Below, one piece after another: positions 11,100-21,559 of a stretch of DNA of 64,000 nt. The notes beneath the pieces were generated by a model, which saw only the letters and a list, made by a program, of their open reading frames with translations, was not told the DNA's origin and made no database searches. Origin of the DNA: Prasinococcaceae sp. CCMP 1430 (taxonomy: Eukaryota > Plantae > Prasinodermophyta); the NCBI GenBank assembly GCA_013416795.1, contig RQSC01000523.1, forward strand, positions 179,202 to 243,201. Direction: 5' to 3'. A program made the position numbers and the translations under genes. Position 1 is the stretch's first letter. Every line of letters begins with the position of its first letter.

Positions 11100-11394
11100 N
11101 NNNNNNNNNNNNNNNNNNNNNNNNNNNNNNNNNNNNNNNNNNNNNNNNNNNNNNNNNNNNNNNNNNNNNNNNNNNNNNNNNNNNNNNNNNNNNNNNNNNN
11201 NNNNNNNNNNNNNNNNNNNNNNNNNNNNNNNNNNNNNNNNNNNNNNNNNNNNNNNNNNNNNNNNNNNNNNNNNNNNNNNNNNNNNNNNNNNNNNNNNNNN
11301 NNNNNNNNNNNNNNNNNNNNNNNNNNNNNNNNNNNNNNNNNNNNNNNNNNNNNNNNNNNNNNNNNNNNNNNNNNNNNNNNNNNNNNNNNNNNNN
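11100..11394. other. Assembly gap (N run)
   Basis: Run of N. Confidence 1.
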
Positions 11395-11443
11395 CGCGCG
11401 CCGGCCGTCCGGCGCCGCGCGCGGACCCCGCGGCCCGGCGGCC

Positions 11444-12047
11444 ATGTCGCTGCCGCTCGTCAAGCTCGCCAGCCTCGCGGTGAAGACCGCGTCGAAGCCG
11501 CTCGCGAACAGGATCAAGAGTCAGTTGAAGGAGTCGCCCGTGTGGCAGGGTCGCGCCCTCTCGTTCATGCAGTGGTACCACCGGACCTCGATAAATGCGC
11601 AGCGCTCGATGGCGGGCTACTCCGACGACAAAGAGGTCAAGCCTATGAGTGAGACCCGCGCCGTGTCGGAGTTCGCCGACATGGTCGGCGAAGGCTTCGT
11701 CTTCGGTGTCGCGCTCGCGCTGGTCATATGGGAGAACTCGCGCAAGGCGTCCAGCGACGACAAGGCGCGCAAGGCAGGGCTGGCTGCGGACAAGGTGCGA
11801 ACGCGCGCGCCCTTAACTATCACCTCTGCACACGAACATGGCATTAGCAGCGCTGACTCCCACCTTCTCTCGTTGGGCTCGACAGGACCACAACTACCGG
11901 CTCGCGATATTGGAGGCTCACACGGAGCGCACCGAACAGCGGCTGGAGAACATCGAGCTGCTCCTACTGAAGCGAGAGGAGGAGCTCGAGGCTGCCAAGG
12001 CCCGCCGCTCGAAGTGGTTCGGATTCTCGGCGCGAACAGCCACGTAA
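11444..12047 (+). CDS. OPA3: OPA3-like mitochondrial protein
   Basis: MSLPLVKLASLAVKTASKPLANRIK...KPMSETRAVSEFADMVGEGFVFGV matches the OPA3 family pattern. Intron 11795..11885 leads to a coiled-coil tail. Confidence 0.88.
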
Positions 12048-12168
12048 TATGACTCTCCGGGGCACTACCCATTTTTTTGGTCCTCCTCGTCAACCCGGCG
12101 CGTGCCCGCCGGCGCCTGCGCCGGGGCTGCACATCGTCGCCCGCCGCCTTCCTCCTCCCCAGCCTATC

Positions 12169-12169
<1 letters not shown>

Positions 12170-12217
<48 letters not shown>
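12170..12217. repeat. Poly-C homopolymer, 48 nt
   Basis: Direct count. Confidence 0.95.
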
Positions 12218-12690
12218 TAGAGTCTCGTCCTCGCGCGCGGCTGACCCCAGGACGCGGGCTGGAGCGTGCGGGCGCCTCCCGGGCAGCGGCCGTCCATGCC
12301 GCCGCGCGCTCGGCCGTCGCGCGCTCCACACCAACAAGGGCAGGCGACGAAAATCGCACAACCGACATATTTGAGGTCACCCCTTCGAAATTCGCAGAGG
12401 GTCTGATACGTCCATTTGACCGTTGAAAATTGTTGGAAGCACGCCAATTTGGGATTGCCTTTCCGCTGAGTGTGGCGTCTATGCGTGCAGAACCATGGCA
12501 AAGACGCGCGCGTCGCTATTTTTGAACGGCGACAAGTCGCGGCCCGCCCGCGGCGCGGCGGCGGGGGGCGCGCGCGGGGCGCCCTCGGCGCCACGCACGC
12601 TCGCCCGCGGCGGCGGCGGCGGCGACGGCCGCGGGGGGCTAGGGGCGGAGGAGAGAGGGCCGCTCGACGCGCGCCGCGCGATTCGCGCCA

Positions 12691-15600
12691 GTGCGCTGGC
12701 GCACGCGAGGAGGGTCGGCCACAAGCGAGGTGAGGGGCGTCATGTGGTGCAGCACACCACCGGGCATGCGCCGCGCGTCGATAGACACGAGCGAGGCAAG
12801 TCTGCTGTCGGAGGAGGTGTCAGGGGCCACCTTGGTGGGCACCCCCAAATCACCGCTCGAGACGACCCCGATATCGCGCAAGGATAAGCGCTGCACCGGC
12901 GTCAACGATGAGAACGCTGGCGATGCCAACGCGCAGGAACGGCCCGAGATGCGCGCGCAGGCTGCTGGGGACGCGGCACAGAGAGGCAGCGGCGGAACAC
13001 CCGCGGCTCTCACTGCAGCGCTGGCAGCGCTCGCCACGCCAATCGCAAAAAAGACCGTCGCAGAGAGCGACGCCGAGGACTCTGAACCTGAGGCCGAGGC
13101 GGATGCGTGGCTCGCCGAGGGCGAAGATGCCAATTGCCGCGATGAAGATGAGCTCGCCAGGCTTGGCGCAGAGGTGCTCGCGGGCAAGCTTCGGACGGCT
13201 GAGGCCTTCCGCGCTGCGGCGTGCCGCGAGCGCGATGCCTTCCGCGAGCGGTTGCGCTGCGCCCGCACCGCGCTGCAGGCGCTGGAGGGGCCGTTGCAGC
13301 AGCGCGTTGTTACTCTCGAGAGCGCTGTCAGCGCGGCAAAGGAGGAGGCCGCAGCGGCGCGCACGGAGGCAGAGGAGGCGCAAGCCGCGCGTGAAAAGGC
13401 CGAGGCCTCGCTCAAGAGCCGCGACAAAGCGCTGAGCGTGCAGGCAGGCCTCCTGGAGGAGAAGGAAGAGGAAGTGGAGGATCTCAAAGAGGAGATGAAG
13501 ACGACCCTCGCGCAGGCCATGGGCGCAGCGCAGTCGCTGCAGACGCTCTATGAGGAGAAGGAGGAGTTGGCAATCGACCAGAGCAAGCGCGCTGACAAGC
13601 TCGAGGAGACCATGAAGGCGGCCGCTCAGGACTTCAAGGACAAGCGTCAGCTCCACTTTGCCGATATGGACCGAGTTGCGTCTGAATTGCAGCACGAGCG
13701 CTCCCTGCGGTCGGAGCTCCAGGCTGAACTCGAGCAGCTGCGCCAGCAACACGCCGAGGGAGCAGCGGGTGCCGAAAAGAGCGCCATCATGTTTGCGGAG
13801 GAGGCCGAGGAACTTGAGGTTGAGCTCAAGAAGGAGCGTGCGCGGCGGGAGGCGTCTGAGGTCCAGCTCGCTCAGTTTCGCGATAAGCTCATTGTCGCGG
13901 AGAAGGACGCTGCAGCGGCGAAGGAAGCGTCCGGGGTCGAGCTCGCCCAGCTTCGCGACAAGCTCGTTGTCGCGGAGAAGGACGCTGCAGCGGCGAAGGA
14001 GGCGTCCGGGGTCGAGCTCGCCCAGCTTCGCGACAAGCTCGTTGTCGCGGAGGAGGACGCTGCAGCGGCGAAGCAGACGCAGGAAAAGTCTGAGGTAGCC
14101 GTCGCCGAGGGCAGCGCGCGTGTGCGGGCACTCAACGCAGATATTCAAGAGCTGAAGGAGCAGCTGGCGGCCGCGGAAGCCTCCGCCAAGACTGCTGAGA
14201 CGGCTGCCATAGCCGCTGAGGCGGCAATCGAAGAGAGCGCTGGGGCCGGAAGCAAAGCTGAGGCACGTGCGACTGATCTCGAGATTGAGGTGAAGCAGCT
14301 CAACGAGCAGCTTAGTGCCGAGCGCAGCCGCTCGGAAGAGCTTCAAGGCGCGTTGCAAGACTCGCAAACAGCGATTGAGCACCTCGAGGCCGGGATGGCT
14401 TCCGCCAACGATGCCCGCGAGCGCTCCGAGGCGCGCGCGGACGAGATCGACAGCGCACTGGAGCGCGTCACAGGCGCATTGGAGACGACCAAAGCAGAAC
14501 TTGCAACAACAGGCACCAAGGCTGCTGAAGCGACCTCCGAGGCGGATGAGCTGCGGCAGGAGCTAGACACGCTCCACGAGGAGCTTGCGGGCGTGCAAGC
14601 TGAGGCGGACGGCGCGCGAGCACTCGTCCAGAATGCCGAGGTGGAGGCTGAGAAGGCACGCGGGGAGGCGGCCGAGGCCAAGCGGGCCTTGGAGACGAAC
14701 GCCGCTGCTGAGCACCAGAATCATCGGCAGCTTCGCGAAGAGCTCGCTGCGAGCTTGAAGGCTTCTGAAGCGTTAGAGGCGGAGGCCAAGGATATGCTTG
14801 CAAGCGCGCGTGCAGAGACAATCCAGGCGCAGAAAGAGGCTGAGCGCGCGCGCTCGGCCTTGGCGATCGCAGAAGAGGACGCTTGCAAAGCTCGTGCCGA
14901 GGTCACTGAGATGCGCTCTGAGCTGTCGCGGGAGGTGGGTGCTGTTGCGGGAGAGATAGATGAGCTCACTACTGCCGCCGAGAGCGAGCGCGCGGCAGCA
15001 GCCGCTGCTGCAGCTGAGGCCGAGGCCTTCGCGGATCAGTTAAAAGCGAGCAAGGACGAGTGCGTGACGCTACGTGGAGAGCTTTTCAGCCTTCGCGCAG
15101 AACACCAAATGGCGCTGGTCGTGAGCTCGCTTGCGGCGGCCGCGGCGAAGGAGGCCGAGAATGAAGCGCGACGCGATAACGGTGTGGCCCGCGCATCGGC
15201 ACAGGTGGTGGCCGCGGCCGCCGCCGCTTCGGAGGAGTCGGCGAGCAAGGCGCTCGAAAAAGCGCGAGCTGAGACCGCTACAGTCGAAGAGGCTCTGAAG
15301 GAGACCGAGGAGAGACTCAGGCAGGCCGAAGAGCGCGCAGCCGCCACCGACGACCTCGAGGCTGAGCTCGTGACCCTTCGCCGCCTCGCTGCGAGCGAGG
15401 GCAGCGAGGGAAATGCGCTGGAGGCAGCCTCACTCGAGATCGAGCTTGCGCGCGTGCAATCGCAGCTTGCCTCGTCGGAGGATGCCCGCAAGCACGCGGA
15501 GCGGCAGGCTACCGAGGCCGAGGAGGCACTTGGCAATGCGGCCGCGCGCGTTCAGCACCATGCTCGCCTCAAGCGCGAGGCTGAGGTCGCCAGGAAGGCC

Positions 15601-16074
15601 GCCGCTGAAGCCAGTGCCGAGGTTGCGGCAATGCGCGCGCTGCTTCTTGCTTTGAGCAAGGAGGGCGCGCGGCGCGAGCAGGGTGCCTCGATGCCGCGTG
15701 GGCGCGTCAGCAGTGGCCTTGGCGGAGGCAAGCGACAGATGCCCAGGGTGTTTAGCGAGATCGTGCGGCGCTGCGAGGGAGGTTCACGGCCAAAGGCGAA
15801 GACCCAGGGCGCAGGGCAGGAGGTTCCGGGCAGCAGATCGACCGCTCCTGGCGCTGCGCGACGCCTCGTTGGTGGCAAGTCCGTCCAGAGCTCGGCATCC
15901 GCTGCTAGTAGAGCTCCGCTGGGCGCACCAGAGGAGGCGCTGGTCACTGCAGCAGTGATGACCCTGCGGGGATCGTCCGTGCGCGGGTCCTCCGTGACCA
16001 AGCCCATGGGGGCCGCAGAGCGGCCACCCGCGTTGAAGCGGCCCAACGCTGGCGCAACGCGCGCCTTCATTTGA
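12691..16074 (+). CDS. Large intronless coiled-coil protein (about 1100 aa); true start may be a downstream ATG
   Basis: Uninterrupted E/A/K/L-rich heptad sequence with Ser/Arg/Pro-rich termini. TGTAA follows at 16173. Confidence 0.85.
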   Translation: MRWRTRGGSATSEVRGVMWCSTPPGMRRASIDTSEASLLSEEVSGATLVGTPKSPLETTPISRKDKRCTGVNDENAGDANAQERPEMRAQAAGDAAQRGSGGTPAALTAALAALATPIAKKTVAESDAEDSEPEAEADAWLAEGEDANCRDEDELARLGAEVLAGKLRTAEAFRAAACRERDAFRERLRCARTALQALEGPLQQRVVTLESAVSAAKEEAAAARTEAEEAQAAREKAEASLKSRDKALSVQAGLLEEKEEEVEDLKEEMKTTLAQAMGAAQSLQTLYEEKEELAIDQSKRADKLEETMKAAAQDFKDKRQLHFADMDRVASELQHERSLRSELQAELEQLRQQHAEGAAGAEKSAIMFAEEAEELEVELKKERARREASEVQLAQFRDKLIVAEKDAAAAKEASGVELAQLRDKLVVAEKDAAAAKEASGVELAQLRDKLVVAEEDAAAAKQTQEKSEVAVAEGSARVRALNADIQELKEQLAAAEASAKTAETAAIAAEAAIEESAGAGSKAEARATDLEIEVKQLNEQLSAERSRSEELQGALQDSQTAIEHLEAGMASANDARERSEARADEIDSALERVTGALETTKAELATTGTKAAEATSEADELRQELDTLHEELAGVQAEADGARALVQNAEVEAEKARGEAAEAKRALETNAAAEHQNHRQLREELAASLKASEALEAEAKDMLASARAETIQAQKEAERARSALAIAEEDACKARAEVTEMRSELSREVGAVAGEIDELTTAAESERAAAAAAAAEAEAFADQLKASKDECVTLRGELFSLRAEHQMALVVSSLAAAAAKEAENEARRDNGVARASAQVVAAAAAASEESASKALEKARAETATVEEALKETEERLRQAEERAAATDDLEAELVTLRRLAASEGSEGNALEAASLEIELARVQSQLASSEDARKHAERQATEAEEALGNAAARVQHHARLKREAEVARKAAAEASAEVAAMRALLLALSKEGARREQGASMPRGRVSSGLGGGKRQMPRVFSEIVRRCEGGSRPKAKTQGAGQEVPGSRSTAPGAARRLVGGKSVQSSASAASRAPLGAPEEALVTAAVMTLRGSSVRGSSVTKPMGAAERPPALKRPNAGATRAFI
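13861..14073 (+). repeat. 75-bp coding tandem repeat x3 (VELAQLRDKLVVAEKDAAAAKEASG)
   Basis: Units start at 13861, 13936 and 14011. Confidence 0.93.
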
Positions 16075-16172
16075 AGCGCGAGCCGTGCTCAACACGCGCG
16101 GGCGCCGCACTGGCGTCGAACGCGCACACTTGAATAACATTCTGCGGTGGAGAGGGAATGCATGTCCATTAC

Positions 16173-16177
16173 TGTAA
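16173..16177 (+). terminator. Candidate TGTAA polyadenylation signal
   Basis: About 100 nt after the stop at 16074. Confidence 0.5.
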
Positions 16178-16214
16178 GTTGTGGTATTGTCGTACTACGC
16201 GGGCCCGTCACTAC

Positions 16215-17523
16215 CTACTGATCCCGCGCACCCAGAACGAGGCTGCGCAGCTTTCTCGCCTGCGACCGAGCTCGAAGCGTACCAGCAGGGCCTTCAGGCG
16301 CCGAGAGTACTTCTGGGGGCTCCTCGCCGTCCACGAGATCTGCCTTTGCGACCATGTGTTCGATTTTGCGCATCCGATCCTCGTTCTCGCGCCGCAGCTC
16401 CTCTTCGCGCCAGCTCGCCTCGAGCTTGCCGCGGTACTGCCGAAGGTCATCAAGCTCTGGTGGCTCCGCGTCCGCGGCGGTGAGCGCGTCAGTGGACGCC
16501 TCTAGCGCCTCCGTGAGTGTGACTACGTCCTGCTCGAGGCACTCTCGCTCCTCCTCGAGCGCTGTGCGAAGCGCCGTCGCCATCGACGAGATGCTCTCCA
16601 CGCCGAGTCTCCCAGCCACGTGCTCCCCATCGGCACCGCCACTTTCACTCCCATCCTTGCCATCGATGGCTTTGCTCAGCAGCGACGCGACTGAGACGTC
16701 ACCGAGGCCGCCGCCGAGGCCTCCGCCGCTAGGGTCACGGGAGAGACCTGAGGCGCCCGTGCCGGGTCTGCTGCCCCCCCGGCTACTGCCGCCGGTGTTT
16801 GGGCGAGTGCCACCCCAGCTCAGCGAACCACCGCTGCTGCACCTGCTCGTGGGCCTGCTGCCACCTGCGGTGCTCGGCCTCGTGGCAACGCTCTCTTTAG
16901 CGAGCACGTACTCGAGCATTTGCCTCTCGCGCGATGAGCTACGCTCCGCTGCCGCGGGCTGCTGCAGCGCGCCCAGCCCAAGCATCACCTGGCCGCTCGT
17001 GCCACCCACGTCGCTGCTGCCGGCACTCGGCGTCGCACTGGTGGGCCTGCTGCTGCTACCGCTCGCCCCGTCCTCTCGGCGCGGGGGCCCGTTCGCCTGC
17101 ATCTGTATGGCGCGCACGAGCATGCGAATCTCGCCCTCGACGGCGTCGCGTGCGGGCCGTTCGGCGAGGCGGCGGCGCGCGGTGTTTGAAGCTATTGCCT
17201 CCTCTACGCGCGCGTCGCATTCACCCAGAATTGACGCGAGCGCCTCGACCTCGTCCCAGAGGCTGGCATTAACACTTAGCTGCCTTTCACCGCCCAGAGC
17301 GCGCACGACCTCGGCGCGCTCTGCAGGCGGCACAAGCGGCGCCAGCTGCCTTTCCCATAGCAGGCTGTGCACGAGTCGCAAGTGTCCCGCTGCGACATCG
17401 GCCGCTGAGCCCGCTCCGCCAGCGCTCGCTGTGGCGTCAGCAGGCGCGCCGCCGCTGGCGGACGTGTCCTCATTAAAGAACGCAATGCCGCCGTCTTGCT
17501 CCGCCTGAGCCGGCCCGCCCGCC
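16215..17523 (-). CDS. CCDC24: CCDC24-like coiled-coil protein; no in-frame ATG found at the 5' end
   Basis: LLWERQLAPLVPPAERAEVVRALG and RLGVESISSMATALRTALEEERECLEQDVVTLTEALE resemble the two conserved CCDC24 blocks, from recall. Confidence 0.65.
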
Positions 17524-17616
17524 CTCGGCGACGCCGGCGGCCGGGGCTCGCGGCGGTCGTCGCCTGCGACGGCCTCGCGCGGCCACCGCCGATTCGGAGG
17601 GGTCTCGTGCGGAGCG

Positions 17617-17628
<12 letters not shown>

Positions 17629-17657
<29 letters not shown>
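17629..17657. repeat. (GA)n microsatellite
   Basis: Direct observation. Confidence 0.9.
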
Positions 17658-17660
<3 letters not shown>

Positions 17661-17680
17661 CGGCGGCCGCCGCCGCGCGC

Positions 17681-19041
17681 TCACAGCAGGGCGGCGCCGG
17701 CCTCGTCCGTCAGCCACGTGAGGCTGCCGTCCGCGGGCACCACCTCCGCGGCGGGCAGGAGCACGCCGTCGCGCTCGCCGGGGCCGAAGACGTCCGCCAG
17801 CACCTGCGCCTTGCCCTCGCCCGCCGCGACGAAGACGATGTCCTGCGCCGCGCACAGGCACGGCATCGTGAGCGTGATGCGCCCCGGCGGAGGCTTGGGC
17901 GAGTCCTCGATGAAGGCAACTGCCCTGTCCTCGACGTCCATCAGGGGGTGGCCAGGGAAGAGGCTCGCGCAGTGGCCGTCGGGGCCAACGCCCTGGCGAC
18001 GAAAGCGACGCCGCGCGCCACGTCAGTCAGCAACATCGGCTCGACCAGCCAAGCGAGAGCGAGCGCCGCCCGCACGCGAACTTACCAGCAGCACGCAGTC
18101 CAGCCTCGGCATCACCGGGAGGTCGCTGTCCTTGCCATCCTCGCCCACCTTCATGCTCGAAACGACGCCGCTGGCCATGGCATCGCGCAGCTTCGCCTCG
18201 TATCGCTCGGCCTCCTCGGCAGGGCTCAGGCCGCCATCGATGGTGTGGATCTGCGCCGCCGGAATGCCGGCCGCGTCGAGGAAGGCCTCGAACGCCCCGC
18301 GCGCGTTGGAGTCCTCGTGGTCCAAAGGAACGCACCGCTCTGCGCAGCGCGCGCCGCGTGCAGGTCGGGTCAGCGCCGGAGCGCGTCGCGCTGGCCGACA
18401 ACACGCGGCACACTGTCCGAGCCGAATTCGCAGGCGCGCGTGCGCGCCGGCGGGCGCACGCGCACGCACGCAAAGGCGCACAGACTGCAGCGCAAAAGCC
18501 GAGGGACGTCGCGCACGAGAGCGCGCCCGTCCAGCTCGCCCGCCGCTTCCGCGCTCAGCAGCGCCAGCCGCGCCCGCGCAGCGCCACGATCGCGCCTCAC
18601 CGTCAGCCCAGAACACGTGCCACTTGGCAAAGTCGATGCCGTCGCGTCCGGCCAGCTTGCCCAGCGCCTTGACCAGCGAGCCGCCCGACAGCGCGATCGA
18701 GAAGGCACCGCGCGCCGCCACGGCCTCGGCGGCGACCTCGGCGACGTGGTCGGCCAGCGTGGTGGCCGCTTCCGCGCCGTCCTCGCACACCAGAAAGTTG
18801 ACCTCCAGGGCGTCCTCCAAGTCCTCGCCCTCGTGCGTGTGCGCGTGCGCGTGCGCCTCGTCGTCCTCCAGGTCCTCCCCTTCGTAGCTGCCGACGTCCG
18901 CCGCCGCCGCGCGCCGCGCGAGGCGCCGCCGCCGCGCGNNNNNNNNNNNNNNNNNNNNNNNNNNNNNNNNNNNNNNNNNNNNNNNNNNNNNNNNNNNNNN
19001 NNNNNNNNNNNNNNNNNNCGTGCCGCGGCGGGCGTCGCCAT
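17681..19041 (-). CDS. PGL: 6-phosphogluconolactonase, likely plastid; interrupted by N gap
   Basis: [15 protein letters not shown]|[17 protein letters not shown]|[34 protein letters not shown] and WLTDEAGA, spread over three or more exons. Confidence 0.93.
18939..19018. other. Assembly gap (N run)
   Basis: Run of N. Confidence 1.
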
Positions 19042-19303
19042 CGGCGGCTCGCGGAGAGTGCCGGGGCGGGAGGGGGGGCTGCGCGAGCGCGTCGCTGTGG
19101 CGCCTGACACAGCGGCAGGAGGAGGGGGGGGGGGGGTGGGGGGGGCGGCATCTGCATCTGCCGTGCGCTTTTCGCCGCAAGCAGTGAAAATATCTGCGCC
19201 GCCTTTGATTTTGATGGGTCTATTCACGCATGCCGATAGGAGATCTGAGTTTGTGTGCGGGAAATTATGCATGTGCCACCGTTCGGTTTGATGAGAGGTC
19301 AAA

Positions 19304-19597
19304 ATGCACCCGATCGCGCGCGCGCGCGCGCACGCGGCCGAGCGCTATGAGAAGAGCGGGGCAGAGGACACGCTCGAGTGCCTCCGGGAGTTCTTCGAGG
19401 CCGTGCGCGCGCGGCAGGCACTGCTCGGTGTGCCGCCGAAGCACCGGACGTACCTGCTTGACATAACGGCCGTGGTGAAAGACAACGCGAATAACAAGCC
19501 TGTGCCGCTCGGTATTGAGCTGAAGGTCTTCTGCGGCTCTGACAGCATCATCAGGCACTTGGAGATCATGGAGGGCGCAGAGCGCATGAAAGGCTAA
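19304..19597 (+). CDS. Small hypothetical protein (97 aa)
   Basis: ATG-initiated ORF with GC3-biased codons and globular-like composition, divergent from 6PGL. Confidence 0.55.
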   Translation: MHPIARARAHAAERYEKSGAEDTLECLREFFEAVRARQALLGVPPKHRTYLLDITAVVKDNANNKPVPLGIELKVFCGSDSIIRHLEIMEGAERMKG

Positions 19598-19734
19598 CAC
19601 ACCAGTTAATGCGGAATATGTGCTCGCCGCGGCCACCTACCTGGCCGAAAGCAACGCACACGTTGTGCATCCCTCGTCCGCTAGCACGCGTGCAGGGACG
19701 CCTTGGATGCACGGTGGAAACGCGTCCTCTCGCG

Positions 19735-20160
19735 CAGCAGCGCGTACAGGGGCGTCTCCTGGCACGAGTGGACGGAGAACTGGAGGGTGGCAAAAACATG
19801 CAATTCGGGTGCTATGCCGTATGTACCACCGCCACCGCGAGGAGCCTTGGCGGCCCGCCAAAATTTTCCATGCAATTTTGTGATCAAACGTCAGAATGTG
19901 AATATTCCATGCGATTATCACTGCAAATGCCAGTGATGCCCGCACCTGGCCCGCCAGCCTCACTACGAGAGTCGGCAGCGCCACAGCGCGCGCGCCTGCC
20001 TCTGCCCCCTTCCCTCGCCCGGCCGGCGATCGATGTGGGAAGAGGCGCTGTCGCCGCCGCGCCGCGCGGCGGCTGTGGCGTCCGCCGGTCGTCGCTCCGC
20101 GCGCGGACGTGCACACGGGCCTGCGACAGGATTGCGGTTCAAAAGAGGGTTTATTTCTGA
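19735..20160 (+). pseudogene. Degenerate AP2-domain sequence split across frames
   Basis: SSAYRGVSWHEWTENW in frame 19703, then GGKNMQFGCYA and TRACDRIAVQKR in frame 19609, echo successive AP2-domain blocks. Confidence 0.45.
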
Positions 20161-20290
20161 AAAAGTCGTGCCGCGGCCCGGTGCGGGCCGGGCATGCGGC
20201 GCGTGGCTGCCACAGGGCACGCGCCTGTCCCCCATCCCCCCCTCCCGCCCACGCGCGTGCCTTGCAGCGCGTCCCATTCTGCGACTGGCG

Positions 20291-21524
20291 ATGGCGTCTG
20301 TGGGCTCGCGCGCGGGCGCGCGGGCGCGTGGGCACGCGGCGCTGCCGCGGCCAGGCGGCGCCGGACCGCGCGGCGCGCGCGGCGCTCACGTGCACGCGCC
20401 CGCAGCTGCTGCCGCTGTGGGGGCTGCTCGTCTGGTGGCTGTGGGTCGTCATCGCGTACTTCCCCAGCAGCTACTCGCAGGTGAGTTCGCGCGTGCCGTG
20501 CGTCCGTGCACGCGCCAGCGAGCGCACGCTGTGACTGTCACGTCCGATCCTTCCCCCCCTACTGCAAAGAATGTCTAGCCTGACATTGCCTCCACGTCGC
20601 CACGCACATCACACACACACGCAGGTGTTCACCAACGCGCTCATTCTGGCCGCCTTCGTCGGGACCGCGATGAACCTCAACGTCTACGCCGACGTGCTCG
20701 GACGCGGGGCCTTTGCCTACGTCCGAACGCACCTGTTCCTCATTCTGAGGCTCTACCTCGTGCCGTTTTTCGTGGCGGCCTACAGCGGCACCGTCGGCCA
20801 CTCCCCCGGCGATTTTGCCGCGGTCTTCCCTCGCGACGCATCGGTGTGGGCGCCCGCGCTCGCGACCTCGCTCGTGGTGCCCGTCGCGCTGTACGCCGCG
20901 CGGCGGCTCGCGCTCTACATGGGCGTGTGCGTGCTGCTCCTCGGCCCGACGCCTGCTGGGGGCTTTGACGTGGACTATGCTGGGAGTAGGCACGCCGGCG
21001 GCAGCGACTACGGCAATCTGGGCGGCAGCATGCGCTCCTACGCACTGGGTGCGGCAGGCGGCGCCGCCGCGACCGCTACGGCGCTGAGCGTCGACCAGAA
21101 GGGCATGGCAGCAGGTCCGGCGCTGGCGGCGGTGGCCATCGACGAGGCCGCTCAGCCGGCTGGCCCGTTCCCCAAGAAGTCGCAACAACAACATCGTGCC
21201 ATGCTCCTCGCGCCCGCGCAGCGAACGCACACAAGCAGCAGCGGAAAGGGAGACGATGGCGTGGCGGGCACTAGGCAAACTGCCACGCAACCGGCGGCCG
21301 CTGCGAGCAGCAGCGCGGCGAGCGTCCGTGGCGTCGGTGTCGACGGCATCACGTCCGTTGCTTTGTCGCCAGCAACCGCGAGGGACGAGGGCGACACATT
21401 GAACGGTGGTGGGCGCGAGCGCGAGCGCGAGCGCGACGGCAGGGGCGGCGAGGACGGCGGCATGGTGGGCGACAGGCGCGGCGCGGTGGCGGGGGGCGCG
21501 GGAGGGGGGGTGCCGCAGCGATAA
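20291..21524 (+). CDS. Multi-pass membrane protein with low-complexity tail; start approximate
   Basis: Hydrophobic exons LLPLWGLLVWWLWVVIAYFPSS|VFTNALILAAFVGTAMNL..LRLYLVPFFVAAYSG. Intron GTGAGT 20481 to CGCAG about 20623. Confidence 0.75.
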
Positions 21525-21559
21525 CTGACATGAATGCATGCATGATTGACGCACGCGCC

